From Pseudomonadota bacterium (GTDB taxonomy: Bacteria; Pseudomonadota; Alphaproteobacteria; Acetobacterales; Acetobacteraceae): a stretch of DNA of 64,000 nucleotides. A model generated the notes under the pieces. The model did no database searches. It was not told the DNA's origin and worked only from the letters and a program-made list of their open reading frames with translations. This document shows, in pieces, positions 20,073-30,643 of the stretch (the stretch's first letter is position 1; each line of letters begins with the position of its first letter). Both the position numbers and the translations under genes were made by a program. The stretch spans positions 1,561 through 65,560 of the forward strand of contig JAKBAV010000003.1 in assembly GCA_021826225.1 (NCBI GenBank), read 5' to 3'.

Positions 20073-20857
20073 GCCTGTTCGCGCTTCGCCGGGGCAACGC
20101 GCCGCTCATTCTCAGCATGCCGCATGCGGGTACCGAAATCCCCGGGGAATTCGCGGGCGTTTTCGTCTCGGACTGGCTGGCGCGCAAGGATACCGACTGG
20201 CACCTGCCGGCGCTCTACGCCTTCGCGGTGGCGCGGGATGCAACGATCCTGGCGGCGCGCGTCTCGCGCAGCGTGATCGACCTGAACCGCGACCCCTCCG
20301 GCGCCTCGCTCTATCCCGGCCAGACGACAACCGCCCTGTGCCCCGGCGAAACCTTTGACGGCGAGAAGCTCTACCCTGGCGCCCCGCCCGATGCGGCGGA
20401 GATCGCGCGCCGGCGGGAAAAATATTTCGCCCCCTATCATGCCGCGTTGCAAAGCGAGATCACCCGGCTGCGTGCCCGGCACGGCCAGATCACATTGTAT
20501 GACTGCCATTCCATCCGCAGCGAAGTGCCGCGTCTCTTTCCGGACGTGCTGCCGCATTTCAATATCGGCACCAATGGCGGCGCGTCCTGCGCGCCGGAAC
20601 TGGCGGCGCGCGTGGTTGCTTCCTGCGCCGTGCCGGGGTTTTCCCATGTACTGAACGGCCGCTTCAAGGGCGGCTGGATCACGCGCCATTACGGCCAGCC
20701 GGCGCAAGGCGTCCACGCCATCCAGATGGAACTGGCCTGCCGCGGCTACATGGACGAGCCGGCCGTGGTCTCGCCCGCGAACTGGCCCGGCGCGTTCAAC
20801 CCGTCCGCCCCCATTCTCCCTGTCCTGCAAACCGTGATTGAAAGCCTTCTGCCATGA
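20069..20857 (+). CDS. hutG: N-formylglutamate deformylase
   Basis: [38 protein letters not shown]. Confidence 0.95.
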   Translation: MSLFALRRGNAPLILSMPHAGTEIPGEFAGVFVSDWLARKDTDWHLPALYAFAVARDATILAARVSRSVIDLNRDPSGASLYPGQTTTALCPGETFDGEKLYPGAPPDAAEIARRREKYFAPYHAALQSEITRLRARHGQITLYDCHSIRSEVPRLFPDVLPHFNIGTNGGASCAPELAARVVASCAVPGFSHVLNGRFKGGWITRHYGQPAQGVHAIQMELACRGYMDEPAVVSPANWPGAFNPSAPILPVLQTVIESLLP

Positions 20858-22515
20858 CCCGTCTCGATAATGCCCGCCGCATCACCGCCCCGCGCGGCAC
20901 GGAACTCTCCGCAAAATCCTGGCTCACGGAAGCGCCTTTGCGCATGCTGATGAATAATCTCGACCCCATGGTGGCGGAACGGCCGGAGGAGCTGGTCGTC
21001 TATGGCGGCATCGGCCGCGCGGCGAGGGACTGGGAATCCTTCGACCGCATCGTGGCGGCGCTGCGCCGGCTGGAAAGCGATGAGACCCTGCTCGTCCAAT
21101 CCGGCAAGCCGGTGGGTGTGTTCCGCACCCATGCCGACGCGCCGCGCGTGCTCATCGCCAACGCCAACCTCGTGCCGCATTGGGCCAACTGGGCGCATTT
21201 CAACGAGCTCGATCGCAAGGGGCTGATGATGTACGGGCAGATGACCGCCGGGTCCTGGATCTATATCGGCACCCAGGGCATCGTGCAGGGCACGTATGAG
21301 ACCTTCGTCGAGGCCGGACGCCGGCATTATAACGGCGACCTCGCCGGGCGCTGGGTGCTCACCGCCGGGCTTGGCGGCATGGGTGGCGCGCAACCGCTCG
21401 CGGCGGCGATGGCGGGGGCGTCATGCCTCGCCGTCGAATGCCAGGCCAGCCGCATCGAGATGCGGCTCAAAACCCGCTATGTGGATGTTAAGGCGGACAC
21501 GCTGGACGAGGCGCTGGCGCTGCTCAACCAGTCGCTGCGCGATAAAAAACCGCTCTCCATCGCCCTGCTCGGCAATGCCGCGGAAATTCTGCCGGAATTG
21601 CTGCGCCGGAACATCCTACCGGACATGCTCACCGACCAGACCTCCGCTCATGACCCCATCAACGGCTATCTGCCCGCCGGCTGGAGCGTCGCGGAATGGA
21701 ATGCAAGGCGCGAGAGCGAGCCGCAGGCGGTGGAAGCGGCGGCGCGCGCCTCGATGGCCGCGCATGTCCGGGCCATGCTGGAATTCGTCAAGCGTGGCGT
21801 GCCGACCTTCGATTACGGCAATAATATCCGCCAGGTGGCGAAGGAAGAAGGCGTGGCGGATGCCTTCAACTTCCCCGGCTTCGTGCCGGCCTATATCCGC
21901 CCGCTATTCTGTCGGGGCATCGGCCCGTTCCGCTGGGCCGCGCTTTCGGGCGACCCCGAGGATATCTACAAGACCGATGCCAAAGTGAAGGAATTACTGC
22001 CGCATGACAAGCATCTGCATAATTGGCTGGACATGGCGCGCGCGCGCATCGCCTTCCAGGGCCTGCCGGCGCGCATCTGCTGGGTTGGGCTGGGGGACAG
22101 GCACCGGCTCGGCCTCGCCTTCAACGAGATGGTGGCCAAAGGCGAGCTGTCCGCCCCCGTGGTCATCGGGCGCGACCACCTGGATTCCGGCTCCGTCGCT
22201 TCGCCCAACCGTGAGACGGAAGCGATGCTGGATGGCTCCGACGCGGTATCCGACTGGCCGCTGCTGAACGCGCTGCTCAATTGCGCGTCCGGCGCCACCT
22301 GGGTTTCGCTGCACCATGGCGGCGGCGTCGGCATGGGGTTCTCGCAGCATGCCGGCATGGTCATCTGCGCGGATGGCACGCCGGACGCCGCGCGGCGGCT
22401 CGAACGCGTATTGTGGAACGATCCGGCAAGCGGGGTGATGCGCCATGCCGATGCCGGCTACGGCACCGCGAAGGACTGCGCCCGGGAATTCGGGCTGGAT
22501 CTACCCTCGCTGTAG
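20854..22515 (+). CDS. hutU: Urocanate hydratase
   Basis: [54 protein letters not shown]. Confidence 0.98.
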   Translation: MTRLDNARRITAPRGTELSAKSWLTEAPLRMLMNNLDPMVAERPEELVVYGGIGRAARDWESFDRIVAALRRLESDETLLVQSGKPVGVFRTHADAPRVLIANANLVPHWANWAHFNELDRKGLMMYGQMTAGSWIYIGTQGIVQGTYETFVEAGRRHYNGDLAGRWVLTAGLGGMGGAQPLAAAMAGASCLAVECQASRIEMRLKTRYVDVKADTLDEALALLNQSLRDKKPLSIALLGNAAEILPELLRRNILPDMLTDQTSAHDPINGYLPAGWSVAEWNARRESEPQAVEAAARASMAAHVRAMLEFVKRGVPTFDYGNNIRQVAKEEGVADAFNFPGFVPAYIRPLFCRGIGPFRWAALSGDPEDIYKTDAKVKELLPHDKHLHNWLDMARARIAFQGLPARICWVGLGDRHRLGLAFNEMVAKGELSAPVVIGRDHLDSGSVASPNRETEAMLDGSDAVSDWPLLNALLNCASGATWVSLHHGGGVGMGFSQHAGMVICADGTPDAARRLERVLWNDPASGVMRHADAGYGTAKDCAREFGLDLPSL

Positions 22516-22585
22516 CAGGGGAGCCAAGCCTGCCCTTCAGGGCGCGGCGCGGCATCCGGCGCTGTGCGGAAGCCACGCGCCGGCA

Positions 22586-23983
22586 TCAGGCCTGATACTT
22601 GGTCGCAATGCCGGCGAGGGTTTCCGGGTTCAGAACCTTGTTGAGATCGATGCCCGGGAGCAGTTTTTCCGCCAGCGCCCGCACGGTCGTGCCATCGCGC
22701 AGCACGGCCTGGGCGAGTGCGGCCGCGCGTTCGTAGCCGATATGCGGCACCAGGGCGGTCGCCGTCGCGGTGCTCGCTTCAAGGTGGCGCAGGCAGGCCT
22801 CGGGATTGGCCTGAATGCCATCGATGCAGAATTTCCGCAGCGTCTCCGCCGCATTGCGTAACAGCCGGATGCTGTCGAGCGTATTATGCGCGATCAGCGG
22901 CTCGAACGCGTTGAGCTGCAACTGCCCGCCCTCGGCCGCCATGGTAATGGCAAGGTCATTGCCGATAACCTGAAAGCAGACGAGATTGACCATCTCGGGG
23001 ATCACCGGATTGACCTTGCCCGGCATGATGGACGAGCCGGGCTGGCGCGGCGGCAGCGTGATCTCGCCAAAACCGCCGCGCGGGCCCGAGGATAGCAGGC
23101 GCAGATCATTGGCGATTTTGGAAAGCTTGGTGGCATTGCGCTTGAGCACGCCCGAGAACATCACGAAGGCGCCCATATCCCAGCTCGCCTCCACGAGATT
23201 CTCCGATTGCACGAGCGCGACCTGGCTGATGTCAGACAGCGCCGCGATGGCGACGCGGCCATAGCTGTCATCGGCATTGATGCGCGTGCCGATGGCGGTG
23301 CCGCCAAGATTAACCTCGCGCAGCAGGCCGGAGGCATCATTCAGCCGCATGACATCCTCGCGCAATGTCGTGGCAAAGGCGCCGAGCTCCTGGCCCAGCG
23401 TCATAGGCACCGCATCCTGCATCTCGGTCCGGCCCAGCTTCAGCACCGCGGCAAAGGCGGCGGCCTTGATCTCGAAGGCATTGGCGAGCCGCCCCAGCGC
23501 CTCGGCCAGGCTGTTCTTGGCGGCGATCACGGCCAGGCGCACGGCGGTCGGATACGCGTCATTGGTCGATTGCGAGAGGTTCACATGGTCGTTCGGATGC
23601 ACGGTGTCATAGGCGCCGCGCGGCTGGCCGAGCAGCTCCAGGGCGCGGTTGGCGAGCACCTCGTTCATGTTCATATTGGTCGAGGTGCCGGCGCCGCCCT
23701 GAATCACGTCGATGGGAAACTGCTCATGCCAGCGCCCGGCGATGATTTCCGCCGCCGCCCGCTCAATCGCCCCGCCGATGCGCGGCTCCAGCTTGCCGAG
23801 CGTCACATTGGCCCGCGCCGCCGCCTGCTTCACCATGGCGAGGGCGACGAGCAATTCAGGATGGCGCGATATGGGCACGCCGGAGATCGGGAAATTCTCG
23901 ATCGCCCGCGCCGTCTGCGCTCCCCAGTACACGTCATCCGGTATGGCAAACTCGCCGATGCTGTCATGGTCGAGGCGGGGCAT
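22586..23983 (-). CDS. aspA: Aspartate ammonia-lyase (AspA/fumarase family)
   Basis: QGGAGTSTNMN, HPNDHVN, QSTNDAYPTA, GSSIMPGKVNPVIPE, EGGQLQLNAFEP. Confidence 0.88.
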   Translation of the reverse strand: MPRLDHDSIGEFAIPDDVYWGAQTARAIENFPISGVPISRHPELLVALAMVKQAAARANVTLGKLEPRIGGAIERAAAEIIAGRWHEQFPIDVIQGGAGTSTNMNMNEVLANRALELLGQPRGAYDTVHPNDHVNLSQSTNDAYPTAVRLAVIAAKNSLAEALGRLANAFEIKAAAFAAVLKLGRTEMQDAVPMTLGQELGAFATTLREDVMRLNDASGLLREVNLGGTAIGTRINADDSYGRVAIAALSDISQVALVQSENLVEASWDMGAFVMFSGVLKRNATKLSKIANDLRLLSSGPRGGFGEITLPPRQPGSSIMPGKVNPVIPEMVNLVCFQVIGNDLAITMAAEGGQLQLNAFEPLIAHNTLDSIRLLRNAAETLRKFCIDGIQANPEACLRHLEASTATATALVPHIGYERAAALAQAVLRDGTTVRALAEKLLPGIDLNKVLNPETLAGIATKYQA

Positions 23984-24054
23984 GATCGATCTCTTTCCGG
24001 TTCAGCCCGCTGGTTTCGCGGGCAAGGTATGTATGGGCAGCACCCATGCGGCGC

Positions 24055-24083
24055 ATCATGCGCCCGCCGCCGGATGAGGTAAA
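24055..24083 (-). promoter_or_regulatory. Possible sigma70 promoter of aspA
   Basis: TTTACC-N17-CATGAT about 70 nt upstream of the ATG. Confidence 0.4.
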
Positions 24084-24114
24084 ATCGAGACGATCAGGCC
24101 CGGGCTTCGGTGAG

Positions 24115-24162
24115 TTCAGGGCACATGGATTTCAGGGCACGTGGATTTCAGGGCGCATGGGC
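24115..24162. repeat. 16-bp tandem repeat, 3 imperfect copies
   Basis: TTCAGGGCACATGGAT / TTCAGGGCACGTGGAT / TTCAGGGCGCATGGGC, just past the ABC ATPase stop. Confidence 0.9.
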
Positions 24163-24193
24163 TGTGTGGCCGGCGTCCTGGGGCCCAAATAGG

Positions 24194-25093
24194 CTATTCT
24201 ACCTCATCCCGCACATCGGTCAGCAGCGGCACCGTGGGATACACCTCCTCCTCCCCGGCTGGCCGGCCGGTATGGTGGATGAGCGCATCCAGCCGCGCCT
24301 TGGTGGCGGCGAATTCGGCCGAATGGCAATGCCCCGGAAGCCGTGGACGAATGATGGGCACTTCGATCAGCTCCTGCAACCGGCCGGGATGCGGTGCCAG
24401 AACCAGAATACGGTCCGCCAGGAATATCGCCTCATCGAGATCATGCGTGATGAAAACCACGGTGATATCGACCTTCTTCCAGATTTCCAGCAGGTAGGAC
24501 TGCATGAGCGCGCGGGTCTGCGCGTCGAGGGCGGAGAATGGCTCGTCCATGAGCAGGATGCGCGGCCGGTTCACCAGGGCGCGGATGATGGCAACCCGCT
24601 GCTTCATGCCACCGGAGAGCTGGTGCGGATAGGCATCGGCGAATTTGTCCAGCCCGATCAGGCCAAGCCATTCATTGGCCTGTTTTGCGGCCTCGGCATG
24701 GCCGATATCATTCATGCGCAGGCCGAACATCACGTTCCGGCGGACGGTGAGCCAGGGAAACAGCGTATAGCCCTGGAACACCATGCCGCGTTCGCGCCCG
24801 GGCCCATTCACGGGGCGGCCATCCAGCAGCACCCGCCCGCCGCTCGCCGTCTCCAGCCCCGCGAGAATCCGCACCAGCGTGGACTTGCCGCAGCCCGAAG
24901 GGCCGACGATGCAGAGGAATTCGCGCCTGTGGGTTCTGAAGGAAATATCCTCCAGCGCCGTGATCGCGCTCCGCCCGGTCTGGAATGTCTTGCTCAGGCC
25001 CTCGACCTCGAGGATCACCTCGCGGGCCTTCATCCGGTCGAGGCGCTCGCGCACGGCCGGAGACTGGTCGAGATGGGAAAGGGGTACGGACAT
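24194..25093 (-). CDS. NitT/TauT-type ABC transporter ATPase
   Basis: [32 protein letters not shown]. Confidence 0.95.
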   Translation of the reverse strand: MSVPLSHLDQSPAVRERLDRMKAREVILEVEGLSKTFQTGRSAITALEDISFRTHRREFLCIVGPSGCGKSTLVRILAGLETASGGRVLLDGRPVNGPGRERGMVFQGYTLFPWLTVRRNVMFGLRMNDIGHAEAAKQANEWLGLIGLDKFADAYPHQLSGGMKQRVAIIRALVNRPRILLMDEPFSALDAQTRALMQSYLLEIWKKVDITVVFITHDLDEAIFLADRILVLAPHPGRLQELIEVPIIRPRLPGHCHSAEFAATKARLDALIHHTGRPAGEEEVYPTVPLLTDVRDEVE

Positions 25094-25116
25094 TCGGTGG
25101 GGCCTTTCTCGGCGGG

Positions 25117-26124
25117 TCAGGCGGCGGCGCGGTCCCAGGGAAACAGCTTGCGGCCGAGGGCGGCGAGGACCAGGTCCGTCCCCAGGCCGAGTATCCCGAT
25201 CATGGCGATGGCGGCATAGACATTGGCATAATGCTGGTAGCGCGATTGCTGGGTGATGAAGAGCGAAATTCCCGTGGTGGCGCCAATGAGTTCCGCGACG
25301 ATAAGGTAGGTCCAGGCCCAGCCGAGCAGGATGCGCTGGTCGCGGTACAGATCCGGCAGCACGCTGGGGATGACAACGCTCGACAGCAGCCGCAGATTCT
25401 TGGTGCCCAGTGTGAGTGCCGCCTCCACCAGCGAAAAATCCGCCTTGCGTGTGGTGTTGGCGATGATGAGGATTTGCTGAAACAAGGTGCCGATGACGAT
25501 GATGGCGATTTTCGGCCCGGCATAAATGCCCAGCACCGCGACCGCCAGCGTGCCGAAAGCGGGTGCTGGCAGATAGCGGAAAAATTCCGCGAAAGGCTCC
25601 ACCAGCCGTGCCGCGCCGTTATGCGCGCCACAGAGTATGCCGAGCGGCACGCCAATGAGCGAGGAGATGACGAAGCCCCAGAAGATCGTCTGGATGCTCT
25701 GCCAGAGGCTCTGATGCAGCCACAGCCCGTCCTGATCCGCCGGCGGCGTGGTGAAGGAGGTATAGAACGCCACCAGCACGTCGCCGGGCGCCGGAAGATA
25801 AACCGGGTTGCACGGTACACCCACCGGCGGGGCGGTGTTGCTCGCCTTCGCATCGGCGATTTCCTCCGCGAAGCTCGCTTTGGTCACCCGCATGCCGGGC
25901 ATGAAAAAATCCACGTCGCCGGGGTCGGATATCAGAACATCAGGATGCCAGAGGAATGGCACATAGCTCACGGCCGACCACAGCGTGATGGGCAGCACGA
26001 AGGACAGCACGGCCAGGATGACACGCAGGCGGCGCGAGAGCGGTGCGCGTACCCGGAACCATTGTCCGGGTACGGCATCGCCATCAGCGGCCGGATGCGA
26101 GGCAGCGACCGAGATCTGCAGCAC
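25117..26124 (-). CDS. NitT/TauT-type ABC transporter permease
   Basis: EFFRYLPAPAFG, EAA loop LVEAALTLG, WTYLIVAELIG. Confidence 0.93.
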   Translation of the reverse strand: MLQISVAASHPAADGDAVPGQWFRVRAPLSRRLRVILAVLSFVLPITLWSAVSYVPFLWHPDVLISDPGDVDFFMPGMRVTKASFAEEIADAKASNTAPPVGVPCNPVYLPAPGDVLVAFYTSFTTPPADQDGLWLHQSLWQSIQTIFWGFVISSLIGVPLGILCGAHNGAARLVEPFAEFFRYLPAPAFGTLAVAVLGIYAGPKIAIIVIGTLFQQILIIANTTRKADFSLVEAALTLGTKNLRLLSSVVIPSVLPDLYRDQRILLGWAWTYLIVAELIGATTGISLFITQQSRYQHYANVYAAIAMIGILGLGTDLVLAALGRKLFPWDRAAA

Positions 26125-27123
26125 TCAGTGGCTCCCCGCATAGGCATCGAGCAGCGACGGATCGACATAATCCGCGATATTCTGCGGCGTTTTATACACA
26201 CCATTGCTGACATTGAACGCATCGGCATTCGCATCGGAGCCGTAGATGGAGGTGAGCTTGCCGGTTTTCACGAAGGCCGCCTTGGCTTCGGCCAGGCTGA
26301 GCAGATGCGTGCCCTTGACGTAACGCTGGTAGATCTTCGGCGTCACGCCATCGCGCGCCGCCATGATCCGGAGCGCATCGTCATGGGTTTTCGGGTCGTT
26401 CACATAGGCCAGCACGCGATACCAGACCTGAATGACCTTGGCCCATTCCTGCGGGTTTTCCTGCAGACTCTGCGGCGAAACAGCAAGACCATCGAAAATC
26501 AGCCCCGGCGCCTGGGCCGAGGTGTAGACGGCGCGCGAACCAGGCAGCGCCATGCGCGCCTGATCGGCGATCGGCTGCCACGCACCCACCGCGGCAACGG
26601 AACCGGACCCCAGCACCTGCGGCGTGTCGTTGGTCACCGTGTTCACCAGCGTGACCGCGTTAAGCGACATGCCATTGGCCGTGAGCGCATGTTCGAGCAG
26701 CAGATGCTCCACCAGGCCAACCTCGATACCGACCTTCTGCCCGGCAAGCTGCTTGACGCTGGTGATGCCGGGCTTGGCCAGGATCTGATCATTCCCGTCT
26801 GAATAATCGGTGAGCAGGATCAGCACATTTTTGGCGCCATTGGCGCCGGTGGAAAGCCCATCGCCATTGGCGACGAAATCGCCGTCCAGCTTGCCCGCGG
26901 CAAAGGCATCGAGCGATGCGGAATAGTCGAACCACTGCATATCAACATCAACGCCGGCTTGCTTGAACCAGCCTTTATCGATGGCGATCTGCCAGGGCGT
27001 CCAGCCCGGCCAGTCGGAGAAGCCGATGCGCAGCGGCGTCTCGGCGCTGGCCGGGGCCAGGGCGGCCCCGAAGGTGAGCGCGGCGGCGGTAAAGATGGTG
27101 GCAAGTCTGCAGGCCTGCTTCAT
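26125..27123 (-). CDS. NitT/TauT-type ABC substrate-binding protein (guanidine/urea-type by context)
   Basis: Signal peptide MKQACRL...ASA, then IGFSDWPGW, DYSDGND and AWQP. The substrate is inferred from the neighbouring carboxylase operon. Confidence 0.88.
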   Translation of the reverse strand: MKQACRLATIFTAAALTFGAALAPASAETPLRIGFSDWPGWTPWQIAIDKGWFKQAGVDVDMQWFDYSASLDAFAAGKLDGDFVANGDGLSTGANGAKNVLILLTDYSDGNDQILAKPGITSVKQLAGQKVGIEVGLVEHLLLEHALTANGMSLNAVTLVNTVTNDTPQVLGSGSVAAVGAWQPIADQARMALPGSRAVYTSAQAPGLIFDGLAVSPQSLQENPQEWAKVIQVWYRVLAYVNDPKTHDDALRIMAARDGVTPKIYQRYVKGTHLLSLAEAKAAFVKTGKLTSIYGSDANADAFNVSNGVYKTPQNIADYVDPSLLDAYAGSH

Positions 27124-27176
27124 GGGAAAAACCTCGCAATTGGCGGATGAAAAAACAGTGACGCTGATCAAAACAA

Positions 27177-27193
27177 AGCAAGAATGATGCCAG
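27177..27193 (-). promoter_or_regulatory. Sigma54 (-24/-12) promoter of the ABC operon
   Basis: Minus strand CTGGCATCATTCTTGCT has exact GG-N10-GC spacing, about 55 nt upstream of the SBP ATG. Confidence 0.75.
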
Positions 27194-27200
27194 AAGCGCC

Positions 27201-27245
27201 ACAAGACTCCTGAAGTCAGAATTCCAGACGTCAGAACTCCTGAAG
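27201..27245. repeat. 15-bp imperfect tandem repeat x3 spanning the monooxygenase stop codon
   Basis: ACAAGACTCCTGAAG / TCAGAATTCCAGACG / TCAGAACTCCTGAAG. Confidence 0.75.
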
Positions 27246-28550
27246 ATTGTCGCGCAGCAACTGGTGCCGGTATTCCGTGCGGGTAAGGCCGCGCCGCTGT
27301 AGTTCCGGCACCAGCCCGTCGGCCACTTCCGTGAGGTAGCGGCGCCCGACGCGCAGCACCGGCGTGGTGATAAGAAAGCCATCGCCGCCGACCTCGTCCA
27401 TCACCTCGCCCATGCGGCACGCAACTTCGGCCGGCGTGCCGACCAGCTCCACCGAGGAACATAACCCCCCGGCGCCGTCCACCACGAGCTGGCGCAGCGT
27501 CTTGCCGCTGCCCCATTGCTGGAATTTATCGAGCGAGCCTTGCTCCCCGTTGGTGATCAGGCGCGCGGGCAAATTCTGATCGATCGGAAACTGGGCAAAG
27601 TCGATATCCGTGATGGCGGAAACCGAGGCCAGCATGTCATCGATGAAATAGGGCGCATTGAGCCGGCGCTCATGCGTCTCGCGCGCATCCGCCGTGGTTT
27701 CACCCAAGGTCGGCGTCACGCAGAACAGCACTTTTATTTGGTCCGGATCGCGGCCCAGCGCCGCGGCACGGCCGCGTATATCGGCGCGGAAAGCCTTCAT
27801 CTCGCCAACACCACTTGCCACGGAAACAATGGAATCCGCGTGCTTCGCCGCGAAATCCCGCCCGCGCGGCGAGGCGCCGGCCTGCACATATACCGGCCGG
27901 CCCTGCGGCGAGCGCACCGTGTTCAGCGGCCCGCGCACCTTGAAAAACTTACCCTCATGGTTAATCGGGTGGACCTTGGTATGGTCGGCATACATCCCGG
28001 CCTCGCGGTCGAGCACCACCGCGCCTTCCTCCCAGCTTTCGAACAGCTTGCCCATCACCTCCATGTATTCCTCGGCCATTTCATAGCGCAGCTCGCGCGC
28101 CGGCAATTTATCGAGGCCGAAATTCTGCGCGGAAAGATCCTCGGCGCTCGTCACCACATTCCAGCCGAAACGCCCTTTGGTGAGGCTGTCCACCGTCGAG
28201 CAGAGCCGCGCGAGCAGGAAGGGCGGATAGGCGAGCGTTGACATGGTGGCGACCACGCCGAGATGTTTCGTTGCCATGCCCATCGCCACGGCAAGCGGCG
28301 CGGGGTCGTGTTTGGGCACCATCACGCCGCCGCGCAGGCCGCGCTCGCGCGAGCCGCCATAGGTTTCCGAGACCATGAGCTTGTCCTCGATCATGATGTA
28401 ATCGAAGCAGGCCCGCTCAAGCGTCTGCGCCATCTCGATGTAGAACTGCCCGTCCCAGGGCGAGCCACCCTGGCCGAACGGATCGCGCCATTCATCGGGC
28501 GTAAAATTCATAAACCAGCCAAGATGAAATTTTTTCCGCGTCATGTTCAT
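27231..28550 (-). CDS. NtaA/DmoA/DszA-family FMNH2-dependent monooxygenase (luciferase-like)
   Basis: LERACFDYIMIED, GRFGWNVVTS, RYEMAEEY...LFESWE, SPQGRPVYVQAGASPRGRDFAAKHA, LVPELQRRGL...LRDNL. Confidence 0.92.
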   Translation of the reverse strand: MNMTRKKFHLGWFMNFTPDEWRDPFGQGGSPWDGQFYIEMAQTLERACFDYIMIEDKLMVSETYGGSRERGLRGGVMVPKHDPAPLAVAMGMATKHLGVVATMSTLAYPPFLLARLCSTVDSLTKGRFGWNVVTSAEDLSAQNFGLDKLPARELRYEMAEEYMEVMGKLFESWEEGAVVLDREAGMYADHTKVHPINHEGKFFKVRGPLNTVRSPQGRPVYVQAGASPRGRDFAAKHADSIVSVASGVGEMKAFRADIRGRAAALGRDPDQIKVLFCVTPTLGETTADARETHERRLNAPYFIDDMLASVSAITDIDFAQFPIDQNLPARLITNGEQGSLDKFQQWGSGKTLRQLVVDGAGGLCSSVELVGTPAEVACRMGEVMDEVGGDGFLITTPVLRVGRRYLTEVADGLVPELQRRGLTRTEYRHQLLRDNLQEF

Positions 28551-28861
28551 GCCTTCATCTGCGTGGAACAGGCACCCGCCAAAGAGCCCCGAAGCGGTTA
28601 ATCCGTCCACGATATAAGTTGGATTGGCGCAATTAAACTATCGTTCAGCAACCAGCGTCAAGAAAATATGCTTCAAAAAAACCCTGAATATGTCGTATCT
28701 ATTTTAAATATCGTGGTTTTGATTTCTAAATAGGCAGGCCAATGCGACTAATATATGCAGATGATAACGGCACCATAAGCCCGTGCCCCACCAGCCCGTA
28801 CGGGGTATCCGTCATGGCTATGCGGCGTAGTGCTCAGCGCGGAGTCTGGCGGCGGTAGCGC

Positions 28862-30643
28862 CTACGCCGTAGCGGCGCGATAGGCCCGCCAACCGCCGAA
28901 GGATGTGATGTCCGTCGCGGCTTCCAGCACATGAGCCTCACAGAGAAAACCAGGATGCACGCTGCCATCCGCCAGGGTAACTTTGCCGATGCCCATGGGC
29001 TCAGGCAAAGCCGCCACGAACCGGCCGAAATTCTCGGGCGTCAGCGACCATACCTCAACCTCGATCCCCGGCCCGGCAACATCCGGCGCGCGGACCAGGC
29101 CTGGCTTGGGCGGCGTGGTGGGCAGGGCGAACAGCCTGTATCCCGGCGCGGTTCTGGTGGCGCCAACGAGCTTCGCCCGCAGCGAAATAAGCTCGTGATT
29201 CAAGACCATACCGGATAGATGCGCCCCGGCGACAACCAGCGTCACAGCATCATCGTTTGCAACGGCCGCGCGCGTGGCGGGAATGATTTTATCCCGGCCG
29301 GAACCCGCGCCGATTGCGACATGCAGCGCATCCGCCAAGCCGCCCAGTGCAACATCCGAAAAAGCCGGGCCGATGAGCGAGACACCAAAAGGTAGACCAT
29401 CGGGCCGGAACCCCCCCGGCAAAGCGATGGCGGCGAGATCGAGAAAATTCACGAAATTCGTATAAAGCCCCAGCGTCGTATTGGCCTTTATCGGCGCGGC
29501 TTGCATCTGTTCGACGGTAAAAATCGTCGGCGCGGTCGGCAGCAGCAGCGCATCGAAATTTTCAAGCTCCCGTTGCGCGGCCCGGCGCAGCGCCTGAATG
29601 CGATAGATTTCGGCAAACGCGTCCGCGGCATCGAATTGCCGCGCACCCGCGATAATGGCGCGCACGGTGGGATCGAATGAATCCGGTGCGCGTTCAAAAA
29701 AATCCTTCACTGCGGCGAGGCGTTCCGCCACGAACGCGCCGCCATAAAGTGCCGATGCGATCTCCTTGAACACCGCGTAGTCGAATGTTCTGATCCGCCA
29801 GCCGAGGGCGGCCGCATGCGCGATGGCGGTATCGTAGAGCGCGGCGCTGGCGGCATCGCCGGCAAAATCCCTGTCACCTGGCGCCAGCACGCCAATGCAC
29901 GGCGCCGCCGGCAATGTTTTCAACACAGGCACGCGGGAATAGGCGTCGCCCTCATCGACACCCTCCGCCACGGCAAGCACGCGCAGGGCATCCGCCGTGC
30001 TGTTGGCAAAGATCGTGATGCAATCCAAGGTTTTGCACGCAGGCAAGGTTCCCGTCACGGGGATGCGGCCAAAGCTCGGCTTCAGCCCTACGAGGTTGTT
30101 AAACGCGGCGGGAACGCGGCCGGACCCGGCGGTATCCGTGCCGAGCGCAAACACCGCAAGCCCGGCCCCCACGGAAACCGCGGAGCCGGAGGAAGAGCCG
30201 CCGGAAATATACGCGGCATCGAACACGCAACGCGGCGCACCATAGGGTGAGCGGGTGCCATTCAGTCCGGTCGCGAACTGGTCCAGATTAGCCTTGCCGA
30301 GCACGATCGCCCCAGCCGCGCGCAGACGGGCGACAACCACGGCATCCGCTTCCGGCATGAACGCGAAATCCGGGCAGGCGGCGGTCGTCGGCAGCCCGGC
30401 AACGTCGATATTATCCTTCACCACGAAGGGAATGCCGAAAAGCGGGAGCCGGTCGAGCGAAGCGGGCGCCAATGCCTCGGCTTGCGCCAGTACGGCAGCG
30501 GCGGAAGCCTGCGTGATGAATACGGATTTATCAGGATAAGCCGCAATTTTTTCGAGCAACGCGGCGGCCAGCGCACGCGGTGTGAGCGTACCCGCGCGGT
30601 AGGCGGCGTGGATGGTCTCGATTTCCAGTAAAGCGGGGATCAT
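28862..30643 (-). CDS. atzF: Allophanate hydrolase
   Basis: Amidase signature VKDNIDVAG, GGSSSGSA, GTDTAGSGRVPA; C-terminal VAGAHLSG...PKPGL...IGKVTLADG domain. Confidence 0.95.
   Translation of the reverse strand: MIPALLEIETIHAAYRAGTLTPRALAAALLEKIAAYPDKSVFITQASAAAVLAQAEALAPASLDRLPLFGIPFVVKDNIDVAGLPTTAACPDFAFMPEADAVVVARLRAAGAIVLGKANLDQFATGLNGTRSPYGAPRCVFDAAYISGGSSSGSAVSVGAGLAVFALGTDTAGSGRVPAAFNNLVGLKPSFGRIPVTGTLPACKTLDCITIFANSTADALRVLAVAEGVDEGDAYSRVPVLKTLPAAPCIGVLAPGDRDFAGDAASAALYDTAIAHAAALGWRIRTFDYAVFKEIASALYGGAFVAERLAAVKDFFERAPDSFDPTVRAIIAGARQFDAADAFAEIYRIQALRRAAQRELENFDALLLPTAPTIFTVEQMQAAPIKANTTLGLYTNFVNFLDLAAIALPGGFRPDGLPFGVSLIGPAFSDVALGGLADALHVAIGAGSGRDKIIPATRAAVANDDAVTLVVAGAHLSGMVLNHELISLRAKLVGATRTAPGYRLFALPTTPPKPGLVRAPDVAGPGIEVEVWSLTPENFGRFVAALPEPMGIGKVTLADGSVHPGFLCEAHVLEAATDITSFGGWRAYRAATA

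Noticed and set aside
24985-26802. 605-aa + strand ORF, and similar long ORFs at 7581-9068, 45321-46796, 48544-50283 and 61527-63158
   Set aside because: Antisense shadows of well-supported genes, expected at high GC. No motifs, and Arg/His/Gly-rich composition. The LRKRT repeat in the last one is just the 15-bp DNA repeat.
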